A stretch of 55,778 nucleotides of DNA from an uncultured virus (IMG/VR IMGVR_UViG_3300032007_000042) (lineage: Duplodnaviria > Heunggongvirae > Uroviricota > Caudoviricetes > Crassvirales). Of the stretch, positions 19,055-29,096 are shown piece by piece. Both the position numbers and the translations under genes were made by a program. The stretch is from the IMG/VR virus record IMGVR_UViG_3300032007_000042; one strand, given 5' to 3'. Each line of letters starts with the position of its first letter. Position 1 is the stretch's first letter. Under the pieces are notes generated by a model, which saw nothing but the letters and a program-made list of their open reading frames with translations, was not told where the DNA came from and searched no databases.

Positions 19055-20190
19055 TATTCAGTTGTATTAATGTTTTGAATATTGTTATTACCAAAGATGT
19101 TGGCTTCTTCTGTGTTGCTCTCCTCTAAATCCCAAATTACATCACTTAAGACCAACAATAAATTATTCTTTTCAGTGTCATCAATTCTTTTATCTGACAT
19201 TATAGCATTGTATACATGATCTATCTGTTGCACTGATGGATTGAAGAAATCTTGCCAAGCATCAATAAATGCTACCCAAAATATGTATGATCCGTGCTTC
19301 TTGAGTAAGTAAGGATTATAAGCAGCAACATTATCATCTGTACTATGTACAAAGGAGTATATATTAAATGATAAGTTGTAAATGCTTTGCAGCAACTCTC
19401 CTATTGTATGAGAATTATTGTCCTTATCCATATAATATGGATACATATATTGGGATGCAGTATTAGTAGCATTTGCAGTGATTTTACTCTTTTTCTCTTT
19501 CTCTTTAGCTGCTATAATATCAGCTACTTCTACTTTATATTGCTCCTCTATACTCTTGTATTCTTGAGTTGCTGAGTCAATTGCAGGCTTTTCAATTTCA
19601 CAATCATAACATAGTATTCTTGTAAAATCATCTGCTGTTCTATTGCTTGTATGGTAGATACTACTATTTGATTTATTTTCATCTCCCATATAAGACATTG
19701 TGCTAATTTCTTTTGTTGTCTGTACAGTAAGAATATCGTGATGTACCTCTTCCTTTTGTGTAAATTTAGCAACATATGAACCAGCATTATTAACAATTAT
19801 AGACAATACATTGTTCATCTGAGAGCTGGCTTCATGCAAAGTTGAGACATCCGTGCTTGAGAAAAAGCAGCTCATTTTATTATGTGAATGAAGAGTTGCT
19901 ATCTTACATCCTAAGAGGGTATCAATATGCTCAGCATAATAAGAAGCTGTATCACCATTCATATCATACTCTGTATATACGCCACTTCCTATATCTTGTA
20001 GGCAAAAGTCCTCTACCTTAAGTATAATATTTCCATTCTCTTTTATATAGGTATAGAATGCTGCACCACTCCATTCATTATTAGGCAGTAAATTACAAAG
20101 AGCCCTTACTTTAGTTTCACAAAGTTTTGAGAAGATGAGTCTTAATTTTGTGTGCTCTTGAACGAAAGTTGTCTTCTGATTGGATTGCAT
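19054..20190 (-). CDS. JAB/MPN+ metalloprotease
   Basis: NEWSG Glu and HSHNKMSCFFSSTD (HxH-x7-SxxD); ATG at 20190. Confidence 0.85.
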   Translation of the reverse strand: MQSNQKTTFVQEHTKLRLIFSKLCETKVRALCNLLPNNEWSGAAFYTYIKENGNIILKVEDFCLQDIGSGVYTEYDMNGDTASYYAEHIDTLLGCKIATLHSHNKMSCFFSSTDVSTLHEASSQMNNVLSIIVNNAGSYVAKFTQKEEVHHDILTVQTTKEISTMSYMGDENKSNSSIYHTSNRTADDFTRILCYDCEIEKPAIDSATQEYKSIEEQYKVEVADIIAAKEKEKKSKITANATNTASQYMYPYYMDKDNNSHTIGELLQSIYNLSFNIYSFVHSTDDNVAAYNPYLLKKHGSYIFWVAFIDAWQDFFNPSVQQIDHVYNAIMSDKRIDDTEKNNLLLVLSDVIWDLEESNTEEANIFGNNNIQNINTTE

Positions 20191-21238
20191 AAACACTATT
20201 AATTAAGTTGATTAAATAATTATAAATAAGATTTATATAACACAGTTTGAGGATTTTGACATTATAGTATTCTTCATTAGAATGATCTGCTAATATCTTA
20301 ACTGTAGGATACTCACCTTTAAATTTAAAATACATGCGGGCATCTTCATTCAGATAATAATTTTTTTGATTCTTCTTGCAATAATATAGTCCACCTATGC
20401 AGTATACTTCTTCATACATACTGCTAAGTATGAGTTTACTCTTCTTTGCTACTTTGGTAACACGAGTGATAAACTCAGCATCAGAAGCCTTGAGTTGCCA
20501 GTTTTTTCCATCATAATAGAAGTCATCAAGTCTCAAGTTACTATAGTAGATAATAAATTTCTTTATTCTATTATGAACAGAATTAGAATTTTCAAAGTAA
20601 TAACTTGAATTAACCTCAATAGGGCTTTGATTATAATCTGAGGTAATGTCTGTAAAGGAGATATATGGAACTCCCTCATTACTTTCAATTCTAAGAGTTC
20701 TTTCTACTTGAATAATGTAAATATTAGTAAGTAGTCCTATATTATCTGTGTTATGCTCTAGTAAAGCTTTACTAATATCAGCTCTTATAATATTAACAGG
20801 AGTATCACCTGTTCCTAAGCAAAAATCTCTAAAGTCAGTAAATCCTCCCTTACGTACATGGGAATGGACATATCCTTTAGCTATTTCTTTTTTTGTAAAA
20901 GAAGCTCTTGCAAGACTGAGACTAGGATATGGAAACTGATGCCTAACATATACATCATAAATAGTATACTTATTACCATTATCATTAGTAAGTTCAATAC
21001 TATCATAGTGAACTATGATTTGTACTTCTATTCCATAATCTAATATAGCAGCATAAAGATACTCTTTCTCATTATCTGGAAAAGAATCATAACCATCTTC
21101 TATTGCTTTTAATATTAGACTATTTGCTGCCTGTATATCCATTCTATTCTCAGGATAGAACTCTTTAAATGCTTTTATAATGGCATTGAGCTCTTTTAGC
21201 GTTAGTTTTTCCTCTTCTGTTATTTCTAACTTTGCCAT
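20117..21238 (-). CDS. prokaryotic E2-like protein
   Basis: YVHSHV...FCLGTG resembles the UBC HPN...CL active site; context with E1 and JAB. Confidence 0.6.
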   Translation of the reverse strand: MAKLEITEEEKLTLKELNAIIKAFKEFYPENRMDIQAANSLILKAIEDGYDSFPDNEKEYLYAAILDYGIEVQIIVHYDSIELTNDNGNKYTIYDVYVRHQFPYPSLSLARASFTKKEIAKGYVHSHVRKGGFTDFRDFCLGTGDTPVNIIRADISKALLEHNTDNIGLLTNIYIIQVERTLRIESNEGVPYISFTDITSDYNQSPIEVNSSYYFENSNSVHNRIKKFIIYYSNLRLDDFYYDGKNWQLKASDAEFITRVTKVAKKSKLILSSMYEEVYCIGGLYYCKKNQKNYYLNEDARMYFKFKGEYPTVKILADHSNEEYYNVKILKLCYINLIYNYLINLINSVYAIQSEDNFRSRAHKIKTHLLKTL

Positions 21239-21246
21239 AATAACAT

Positions 21247-21286
21247 AAAAAAATAAGGCATACTATCCTCTATGAATAGTATGCCT
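21247..21286 (-). terminator. intrinsic terminator between Ubl and E2-like genes
   Basis: AGGCATACTAT/ATAGTATGCCT perfect 11-bp stem plus U7 tract. Confidence 0.8.
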
Positions 21287-21309
21287 ATGAATAAAAATTA
21301 ATGGTGATA

Positions 21310-21942
21310 TTATCTATGCATATTTGCCAGATCCTGGGCAGAATAAGGATTTGGGAATACCTTATATATACCAGCAATAAGGGCAGTATACAGCTGTTTA
21401 TGTTCTGTAGCATCAACAGTATTAAGCATTTTAACTAATGTCTTCCAGAGTTCCTTCTCTGTTGTAGGAACAGAAGTATTCTCTACAGTAGGTGCAGCAG
21501 CTGCCTCTTGATTACAGGTATCTGTAGAAGCAGTATCTACAGGAGCTGTAGCTGTATCAGACACTCTGCCTGCATTACAAATAATATTATTGAGGTCATT
21601 GGTAGAAACCTGTGTAAAGTTACGTCCAAATGTTTCTTTTACAAGATCCCCAAGATTATGTTCCTTGACATAAGCATAGCACTCTTTACGTGTAAGTGCA
21701 CCATTCTTAAACTTATTTTGTGCAGGTGATACAAAGAATACATAGCCTTTATCAGCCTTCTCAGCTGGGATAGCTGGAATACTCTGTCTATCACTTGTGA
21801 GATCTGTATGAGTAGTACCCTCAAAGAACTGCCCATCACTAATACTAAGAAAGTGCTTAAGTCCACTAAGGTCTGTTACAGCCTCAGGAAGTTCTACTAC
21901 TTTAGTTGTGTTGTCTACGGTGTTTACAATTGTTGCTTTCAT
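21310..21942 (-). CDS. putative ubiquitin-like (beta-grasp) precursor with C-terminal extension
   Basis: Residues 1-81 show a beta-beta-alpha-beta-beta-like pattern ending KFKNG; heads the E2/JAB/E1 cluster. Confidence 0.55.
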   Translation of the reverse strand: MKATIVNTVDNTTKVVELPEAVTDLSGLKHFLSISDGQFFEGTTHTDLTSDRQSIPAIPAEKADKGYVFFVSPAQNKFKNGALTRKECYAYVKEHNLGDLVKETFGRNFTQVSTNDLNNIICNAGRVSDTATAPVDTASTDTCNQEAAAAPTVENTSVPTTEKELWKTLVKMLNTVDATEHKQLYTALIAGIYKVFPNPYSAQDLANMHR

Positions 21943-22062
21943 GTTTATAAATGATTAATGGTTATTGAAATAATTTATTAAATTTAATATCAGTATCTAA
22001 GTTAACTTATTTAACTTTCTTAGCAGTTCTTTTAATTCAGTACAACCTTCGGTATTTATTAA

Positions 22063-22070
22063 TATCTTTG
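22063..22070 (+). promoter_or_regulatory. -7 element for the GIY-YIG gene
   Basis: TATCTTTG about 25 nt before ATG 22096. Confidence 0.65.
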
Positions 22071-22095
22071 CTAAACAATATAAAAATTTTACCTT

Positions 22096-22704
22096 ATGAC
22101 AGGATATATTTATAGATACTACAATTCTGTTCAAGATATGTATTATATCGGGCAAACAAGAGATAGATTAAAGAAAAGAGACTGGTCTCATAGAAAAGGG
22201 AAAACTGATACTCATTCTTATTTTGATAATGAATATCATGCCCATCCAGAACAATTTACTTTGGAAATCCTTGAAACCATTAAGTCAGATTCTAAGCAAG
22301 ATCTTGTAGAACGATTAAATGAACTTGAAGTTTTCTATATTGCAGATTATAAGAGTAAAGGCAAGAAGTTATATAATATTCTACCTGGAGGAAATCAAGG
22401 TTGGAAAGATATTCCACCTACTCAAAATATGCTAGATGCATTAACTGCTGGAAGAATAGCATTTAATCAATTTGAAAAAGATAATGCCTTACCAAAGGAA
22501 GAACGTATAAAGCGACATAGAGAAGCTACTAAACGTTGGAAGTGTAACAATCCAGAGAATTATAAAGAATACTATACAAAGCAAAACAAGCTTAGAAAAG
22601 ATAAGAAGCATGAATGGTATTTAAAGAATAGAAAGAGGATACTTGATAAATTACATGAAAAAACTAAGAAGCATCAAGAAGAAATGGCTTTATTAAATTC
22701 ATAA
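22096..22704 (+). CDS. free-standing GIY-YIG homing endonuclease
   Basis: GYIY...YYIGQT, R, E, LYN motifs; basic tail; antisense to operon. Confidence 0.85.
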   Translation: MTGYIYRYYNSVQDMYYIGQTRDRLKKRDWSHRKGKTDTHSYFDNEYHAHPEQFTLEILETIKSDSKQDLVERLNELEVFYIADYKSKGKKLYNILPGGNQGWKDIPPTQNMLDALTAGRIAFNQFEKDNALPKEERIKRHREATKRWKCNNPENYKEYYTKQNKLRKDKKHEWYLKNRKRILDKLHEKTKKHQEEMALLNS

Positions 22705-23681
22705 ATCATTCTACTTTTTCCAAAGTAATGAAATATATCTGACCAATCTTTAGCTTTGCCTATTATTGGACAAGGTATATTAATGAATTTTGTTTTTTCA
22801 CATAATTTTTTAGCATCATCTACTCCACTTTTGTCACCATCATATGAAACATATACTTTATTGAATCTACGTTTTAACTCATTGATTGCTGTTTCAGACA
22901 TATTATACCCCTCACCTTGCAAACACAATGTAGGAATATGTAATTGACAGCTGACACACAAGGCATCCTTAAGTGAACTACAGATGACAACCCTGTCACC
23001 AGTCTTAGGAATCTTAGTCCACAGACCAATAACAGAGCTGTCCATCTTAGAGCACCATTTATAACCATGAGTATTGAAAGGTTGATATATCTTTAGTGAC
23101 AGTTTACCTTCTTTTCTTTCTACAAAGCAATAAGCATACTTGTCAGCAGGAAAGATATATCTCTTACCTTTATCTTTTAGTGATAGTTTCTTTGTAACTA
23201 TCTTAAAGGATATAGGATATATTTCAGCATAGTGAAGCCATTTCTTTTCTACTCCATAGCTACTCCAATAAGCATAGTCATAATCTCTCCAAGGACGTAC
23301 TGCCACTTGAAGAGATGTAAGATGATTATATTCTTTACGGGTGAATGTCTTAATCTGTTTAGGCTTGATGACAATATTATCTTTGTCAACAAAGAACTTA
23401 CTTATTCTCTCAAGAGCTTGAGAGATAGTACAGTTCCAATATTGACAAAGAAGATCAAGCAATGTTCCATTCTCTCCAGTTGCATGGTCTTTAAACCTTA
23501 TATGTCCACCATTGGTGACATATATACTGAATGATGGTTTATTGTCCTGTCTTAAAGGAGAGCAGACAAGACAAGGCAGAGATTTAATCCATGGAAAAAC
23601 TATGGATAACACTTCAGTTTCAGAATAATGCTGGAGAATCTCTGTCTTTGAAATACTTGATGCTGTCTTGCCTACCACCAT
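22674..23681 (-). CDS. DNA primase (crAss-type, TOPRIM)
   Basis: SPLRQDNKPSF, FKDH, SSLKDA, YDGD and KDWSD. Confidence 0.88.
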   Translation of the reverse strand: MVVGKTASSISKTEILQHYSETEVLSIVFPWIKSLPCLVCSPLRQDNKPSFSIYVTNGGHIRFKDHATGENGTLLDLLCQYWNCTISQALERISKFFVDKDNIVIKPKQIKTFTRKEYNHLTSLQVAVRPWRDYDYAYWSSYGVEKKWLHYAEIYPISFKIVTKKLSLKDKGKRYIFPADKYAYCFVERKEGKLSLKIYQPFNTHGYKWCSKMDSSVIGLWTKIPKTGDRVVICSSLKDALCVSCQLHIPTLCLQGEGYNMSETAINELKRRFNKVYVSYDGDKSGVDDAKKLCEKTKFINIPCPIIGKAKDWSDIFHYFGKSRMIYEFNKAISS

Positions 23682-23706
23682 AATGAAATATTGCTAAACG
23701 ATTAAT

Positions 23707-24612
23707 TTATGACCAAGGGAGATCATCCTCAGATTCTGTACTATCATTTAAAGGAGCATCATTGAGATTGGTTGCCTCAACATTATACTCTGCAAGCTCC
23801 TGTACTCTATACTCAGTGTTAGCCCAACCACCATTTTGCTTAACATTGGCAAGCTCTTTTTCAAGTCTCTCATAAGCCTTAGAACCAGCAGAATTGCGCA
23901 AGAAGAATCTATCCCTTGCAGCAATAGCTTGATACTGCTTACCTTCATCAGTGGTGCGTACACCATAGAGCAGCTTTACCTTATTATTAGGCTGAAGAGC
24001 AATAGCCTCCTTAATCTCAGAGAAATCACCCTTGAAATAGTCCTTGATGTGTTCCAAACTAAACAAATAGTCAGAAGCATTGTCCTTAAGAACCCAAGAG
24101 CCATTTACATAATTAAAGGCATCATCTACACAGAGATAAGTCTTAAGGAAGGACACAAGGTCAGCCTCTCCAGTGCAAGCCATACGATACTTGGGAGCAA
24201 TCTTAAGCTCTTTACCACTAGCAGACAGGAGTTTCTTTCCAGCCTTTGCATCTTCTACAGAAGCCCAAGTGCTATTGCCATAGTCATCAATAACCTGAAC
24301 CTTGGTTTGATCTTTATTATAAGCAGGAGTATTGCGAAGAGTGAACATCAATCTGTTGATAGTCTCAGCACCACCACACTGGTCAGGGTCAGTCTTGACA
24401 ATAAATGTAATGAAGGCAGCCTTACCCTTATCATCCTCCTTAAGATACTCTTGCTCATTCATATTGTCAGTGCCATAGATCTTTTCAAGCTCTGCCTTAG
24501 TAGGATTAACAGCTAATACTGTAGAAGCTCCTACACCAATATACTTCTTAAACTCTACTGCCTCTTTTGACTCACCTGTCTTACCAATTGTAAGGAATGA
24601 AAAATTAATCAT
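23707..24612 (-). CDS. putative ssDNA-binding protein
   Basis: Acidic EDDLPW tail; lies between AAA ATPase and primase. Confidence 0.6.
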   Translation of the reverse strand: MINFSFLTIGKTGESKEAVEFKKYIGVGASTVLAVNPTKAELEKIYGTDNMNEQEYLKEDDKGKAAFITFIVKTDPDQCGGAETINRLMFTLRNTPAYNKDQTKVQVIDDYGNSTWASVEDAKAGKKLLSASGKELKIAPKYRMACTGEADLVSFLKTYLCVDDAFNYVNGSWVLKDNASDYLFSLEHIKDYFKGDFSEIKEAIALQPNNKVKLLYGVRTTDEGKQYQAIAARDRFFLRNSAGSKAYERLEKELANVKQNGGWANTEYRVQELAEYNVEATNLNDAPLNDSTESEDDLPWS

Positions 24613-24662
24613 AATCTTATGTTTATAAATGGTTTGTTGTTAAATATATTATCTATTAGAAA

Positions 24663-25070
24663 TTACTCATTACTAGACTGCTGTTCATCCTCTGATACTT
24701 CCTCCTCAGTATCACTTGCATTTGTATCTTCATTAGTCTCTGGAGCATCAGGAATAGTGATGACATACTGCTTTTTGTCCTTATCATAAGTAACAATATC
24801 AGTAGGAACATACTTGGTAGTCTTAATTTCCTTACCATTCTTATCTGTTCCAGGCACAATGATCTTCTTAACAAGCTCTTCTGTACGGAAACCAATAATA
24901 CTCTTGATGCCTGCCTCAAGAGCAGAAATCTGAGTATCATAAGCATTATACTCAGCCTGAAGGGCTTCAATCTTAGCCTGTACCTTATCTCTCTTTACCT
25001 TAAGAGGATTACAAGCCTGTGCTACACGTTTTACACTCTGAAATTCATCGAAAGAAATACTCTTTTTCAT
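24663..25070 (-). CDS. coiled-coil hypothetical protein with acidic tail
   Basis: 135 aa ORF. Confidence 0.75.
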   Translation of the reverse strand: MKKSISFDEFQSVKRVAQACNPLKVKRDKVQAKIEALQAEYNAYDTQISALEAGIKSIIGFRTEELVKKIIVPGTDKNGKEIKTTKYVPTDIVTYDKDKKQYVITIPDAPETNEDTNASDTEEEVSEDEQQSSNE

Positions 25071-25111
25071 TGTTGATAATTTTTAAATTGTTGTTTATTA
25101 ATTGATTAAAT

Positions 25112-25825
25112 TTATTTAGACACTTCATCCATTCTATAATACTTTCTTACTGTTTCATCTACTAACTTTAGACTGTTTGGGATTTCATAGTCTTCAAACA
25201 TTCCAAGTGGTGTTTTTGCAGATGAGTGATTAGCCTTTGTCTGGAAGAGATATTTATTATTTCCATCATCTCCATATTCTACTCTTGTCATAAGAACAAT
25301 AGGATAGAATCCTTCTGGCTGAGTCTTTGTAAGCTTCTTGCCTATTACAGAAAATACAAGCTTCTCACTACCATCTTGCTGAGTTTGCAACATAGTATGT
25401 CCAAATATATATACTATTTGATCCTTACGAAGAACTGTATTACATAATATATTAAGTTCAATGACATCATTAGCTACATCTTTCCACTGATCATAGGTCA
25501 TTCTTTTTCTGTCATTAAACTCCTTCATAGCCAAATAGATATTAACAGTATCAATGGCTACTGATTTAATATCTGGATTCTTTGCACAGTATTCAAGAGC
25601 CTTCTTGATACCAGCAAAATCTTTTGGCTCAATATAATTTTTCTTTTCTGGGCACCACATACCTCCTGGAAAAGGTAATGTTTTTCTATCAAGGTTAATA
25701 ATGAAATGTGATTTTGGATCCATACCTTGATAGTCATCAAGATTAAATGATCCATCAGGATTTATAATTGTTGATGTTGTTTTACCATCACCTGATGCAC
25801 CAAGAATTGCAATAATTGTTGCCAT
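25112..25825 (-). CDS. AAA_24/Sak4-like ATPase
   Basis: Walker A GASGDGKT, Walker B VAIDT, AKTP. Confidence 0.82.
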   Translation of the reverse strand: MATIIAILGASGDGKTTSTIINPDGSFNLDDYQGMDPKSHFIINLDRKTLPFPGGMWCPEKKNYIEPKDFAGIKKALEYCAKNPDIKSVAIDTVNIYLAMKEFNDRKRMTYDQWKDVANDVIELNILCNTVLRKDQIVYIFGHTMLQTQQDGSEKLVFSVIGKKLTKTQPEGFYPIVLMTRVEYGDDGNNKYLFQTKANHSSAKTPLGMFEDYEIPNSLKLVDETVRKYYRMDEVSK

Positions 25826-25862
25826 CTTTTTACTTCTACTCTTTAAATTAAAAATGTGAATG

Positions 25863-25870
25863 CAAATTTA
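25863..25870 (-). promoter_or_regulatory. -7 element (TAAATTTG)
   Basis: Consensus match upstream of AAA gene. Confidence 0.5.
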
Positions 25871-25928
25871 GCTAATAGATAACTAATAGCTAAGTTGCTT
25901 TTGTTAATACTAAAAATAACATAATACT

Positions 25929-26189
25929 CTATTTAGAATTACTATCCATATTCTTTTCAACTAACTTATATACTTTATTAAGTTCTTGTATTTTGTTATA
26001 TGCAGGTAAAGGTGCAAAGTAATTAGTTGCACCATCAAAGTATAATGCTAACATTCCATTACTTTCACCCTCTCTATTAAGAGGAATTGTAAGAAATCTA
26101 GCATATCCTTTAAGTTTAGTAATATTATAACGCTTATAGTCTGGTAACTCAAAAGCAAATGGATTGGTAATACCAAGCATCATACTACA
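25929..26189 (-). CDS. dnaB: DnaB-like helicase, exon 2
   Basis: CSMMLGITNP...LNREGES continues exon 1 in frame after splicing. Confidence 0.85.
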   Translation of the reverse strand, partial: CSMMLGITNPFAFELPDYKRYNITKLKGYARFLTIPLNREGESNGMLALYFDGATNYFAPLPAYNKIQELNKVYKLVEKNMDSNSK

Positions 26190-27735
26190 CAATATGTTGT
26201 CATAGAGGCTCTTTATCCTCTATTTCTATAGCTTATGTATTATACTATAGTTCAGACTATCTCATCACTTTCTTTTAGATATTGGTATATATAGGAAAGT
26301 GTTCCGCACTCATGTATATTTTACCTTCAACACCACTTGTTAAGGCTACTTTATATAGTCGTTGTTCCTTCTACATATTTCTATGTAGCTTGGATAAGGG
26401 TTGCCATCTAATAACTATGGTTTTCCCAGATTCACGGAATTTTATAAGGACTGTTTTTATTATTAGATTATCTTATTTTGTATTTCATGCATTCACACAT
26501 ATAAGGTTCTATCTGAGATTTCATATAACGAAAACTTTCAGCTTTAATATATATTGTATTATCTTTGCAGTGGGAAGTCTCTAAATTGAATTTTACTTTT
26601 AAAAACTCTCTAAATAGATCTATTTCTTTTTTACTAAAACAATTTGTAGCTAACCTTCCCCCACAATTTTGTTTATTGCCATCATCCATATACATATAAG
26701 CTAATGATTGCCAAGTAAAATTAGTAAAGAGTTCAAATGGAATTCTCTTTTTACCATCTTTATAGAAGCATTTATAAATTTCATTTAGTGCTGGGTTTGT
26801 AGGAATACCACACCAATAAGAGTCATAGCACTTTCCTGTTCTTTTATCTGGACATCCTTTATGGTAATAAGTATAGGGATTTAGATTAGAAAGTTTTTCA
26901 GCAACATAATATGTGTAGTCCTTTTGTTTTGGACAATGAGCAAATGTCATCCTTGCATTTTTATTTGGACATTCCATACTACCATCTCCCATCATTATAC
27001 CAAGAATAATTTCTAAATTATCTTGAGTAAGAGGGTTATTCTTTGCTTCTTTGTAACTTTCTCTTAGATACCCATTTCTCATTCTATATCCATAGACTCC
27101 ATCTGAAGATACATTCAGCTCTTTTGCTATTTGTGTGTCATTTAGACCTTTGTTAAATAGCTCCTCAAACTCATTTTTATGTATCTTTGAAATCTTATCA
27201 TAAGTAAATTGAGATTGAACTTTTCTGTTCCTTCTATGGTATTCAATCACAGCTCTGCTTACTCTAAAAATTTTGGCTATTTCTGTATCTGTCATTCCTT
27301 TATTAGCTAAATTCATAGCTTTTTCAACATCTTCAGATGACATTTTAATATCATAATCTGTTTTAATATTGAATTGCTTTTTGAATTTAGTTAAAGTGGC
27401 AACAGATACATTACATATCTTACTTATCTCAGCACTTGATTTTCCTTCTGCATATAACTGTTTTATATAATCTGAATCATTCCAGATTGATGATTTCCAG
27501 TAGTTTGCAGAAAGACCTAATTTATGTCTTCTATCTCTTATTAATTCTCTTGTGCAATCTAATTTTTTAGCAATTTCGTTATCACTTAATCCCTTATCAT
27601 AAAGGGCTTTCATCTCATTTAAGTTAATTCTTTTTGTTCTACCCATATTTTAATTTTTTGGGCAAAGTAAAAGAATTTCTACCTTATAAATTTGTGTATA
27701 AAAGTATTACTTAGATAATCTAATAAATGTACTTA
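26190..27735 (-). mobile_element. group I intron in dnaB
   Basis: Exon 1 ends in U (AAGGAU); intron ends in G; IGS GUCCUU at 26446-26451; P-like 26423-26437, R CAACGACUA 26356-26364, S-like GAGAUAGUCUG near 26253-26263. Confidence 0.9.
26468..27646 (-). CDS. intron-encoded LAGLIDADG endonuclease with N-terminal HTH repeats
   Basis: IILGIMMGDGS and LAYMYMDDG; four GxSxxEIA-like HTH repeats. Confidence 0.88.
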   Translation of the reverse strand: MGRTKRINLNEMKALYDKGLSDNEIAKKLDCTRELIRDRRHKLGLSANYWKSSIWNDSDYIKQLYAEGKSSAEISKICNVSVATLTKFKKQFNIKTDYDIKMSSEDVEKAMNLANKGMTDTEIAKIFRVSRAVIEYHRRNRKVQSQFTYDKISKIHKNEFEELFNKGLNDTQIAKELNVSSDGVYGYRMRNGYLRESYKEAKNNPLTQDNLEIILGIMMGDGSMECPNKNARMTFAHCPKQKDYTYYVAEKLSNLNPYTYYHKGCPDKRTGKCYDSYWCGIPTNPALNEIYKCFYKDGKKRIPFELFTNFTWQSLAYMYMDDGNKQNCGGRLATNCFSKKEIDLFREFLKVKFNLETSHCKDNTIYIKAESFRYMKSQIEPYMCECMKYKIR

Positions 27736-28596
27736 ATCCTTGCCTGGATTCTTACTATCTGCAAGTCCAGCTAAAGAAGGCTCTATTTTATTTGCTTTAA
27801 AGGCATCAAGACTTATAGTATCATTACCTTGCTGTTGTATTAGTATAGGAATATAGTTATAATGATTTCTGAATATCATAAAATACTCAGATAGTTTATC
27901 TATCCTTTCTTTCAATGACATTCCTCTCTCTCCATCAGTAAGAGAAGCATGATCCCATATTATCTCTACATACTCATTTTTATCTTTTGGCTCATAGTAA
28001 TCAAATACTTCCTTTTCCTGCTTAACTCCTGTTTCTTTGTTTTCTATTTCTATCTTCTTTTTATGAACAGTTCCTGCTTCCTGTGCATATTTATTAATAG
28101 TTTTCCAACAACCAGTTGGATTACGCTCACTAATAAAATGCACATGTTCCTCAAAAAATGACAATATACTTTTATATTCTATACTATTAAGAAGATTAAG
28201 AACATCTTCATCAAGAACATTATCTTCATCAATAGAACCTAACTGAAGAGTTGATAGTCTTATCTTTCCTCCTGAAAGAGTATAGAGAAGATAACACATG
28301 AATCTCATAGTAATCTTCTCAGGTGTCTCTTCAAGAGGAAAATAGAATATCTGAAGCCTTATCTTGTCAGGATTATTATAAGCATATAGTACAGGTGTAT
28401 ATACAAATAAATAATTGGCAAGCTGTGACTTTCCTCCTTTACTGATAGCTGAAACTAGATAATATTTACCTTGTTCTATACCAGGGAAGTCTCTTCTAAA
28501 GTTCTTAAATGGGGAAGGTATGCAATTAATTCCTCCTGATAATATAATCTCTCTTCTCTTTTTAAGGTCTAAAAGGACTCTATCTATTAAATTCAT
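27736..28596 (-). CDS. dnaB: DnaB-like helicase, exon 1
   Basis: Walker A AISKGGKS, IIWDH, IQQQ, LADSK. Confidence 0.85.
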
Positions 28597-28606
28597 TTTT
28601 CAATAA

Positions 28607-29077
28607 TCAATAGTCATAAAGGAGTTGTTTGATATGAGTATTCTCTACATCAATAAGTCTATCATATTTCTTATAAGCCTTCAATAGACTATCATCATAA
28701 GATTCCTGCTCACTTGCTATAACAGTAATAGTATTATTAGTCTTAATACCATACAGTTCTTGTGCATAATACTTAAGCATCTTATGGCAGAAAGTCTTCA
28801 TAAGCTTATAGATTTTGAGCTTAGCTCTTGCTTCTGCAAGTCTCTCACCAAGCACAGGATCATCTTTATCCTTGTCATTTCTGATAGCAGTACCTGCCAC
28901 CTCAATAGTATCAGTGTCTCCCCAATTATCTATCATCCAACCAATAATTGACCGTGGGACACCAAGACTATTTGGAGTAAAGATATCTTTGATACTTCCT
29001 TTTAATGTTACTTTAGTAACTTTGTTATCAAATCTTTCGACTTTTTTAAAGTCATCTTTGAAACTTACTTTATACAT
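28607..29077 (-). CDS. hypothetical protein
   Basis: 156 aa; D..D..LG.RLAEARA motif. Confidence 0.75.
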   Translation of the reverse strand: MYKVSFKDDFKKVERFDNKVTKVTLKGSIKDIFTPNSLGVPRSIIGWMIDNWGDTDTIEVAGTAIRNDKDKDDPVLGERLAEARAKLKIYKLMKTFCHKMLKYYAQELYGIKTNNTITVIASEQESYDDSLLKAYKKYDRLIDVENTHIKQLLYDY

Positions 29078-29096
29078 AATAGTTATTATTAAATGG

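Noticed and set aside
23836..24516. 226-aa plus-strand ORF and many other antisense ORFs in the track
   Set aside because: Shadows of real genes on the opposite strand, with no motifs or promoters
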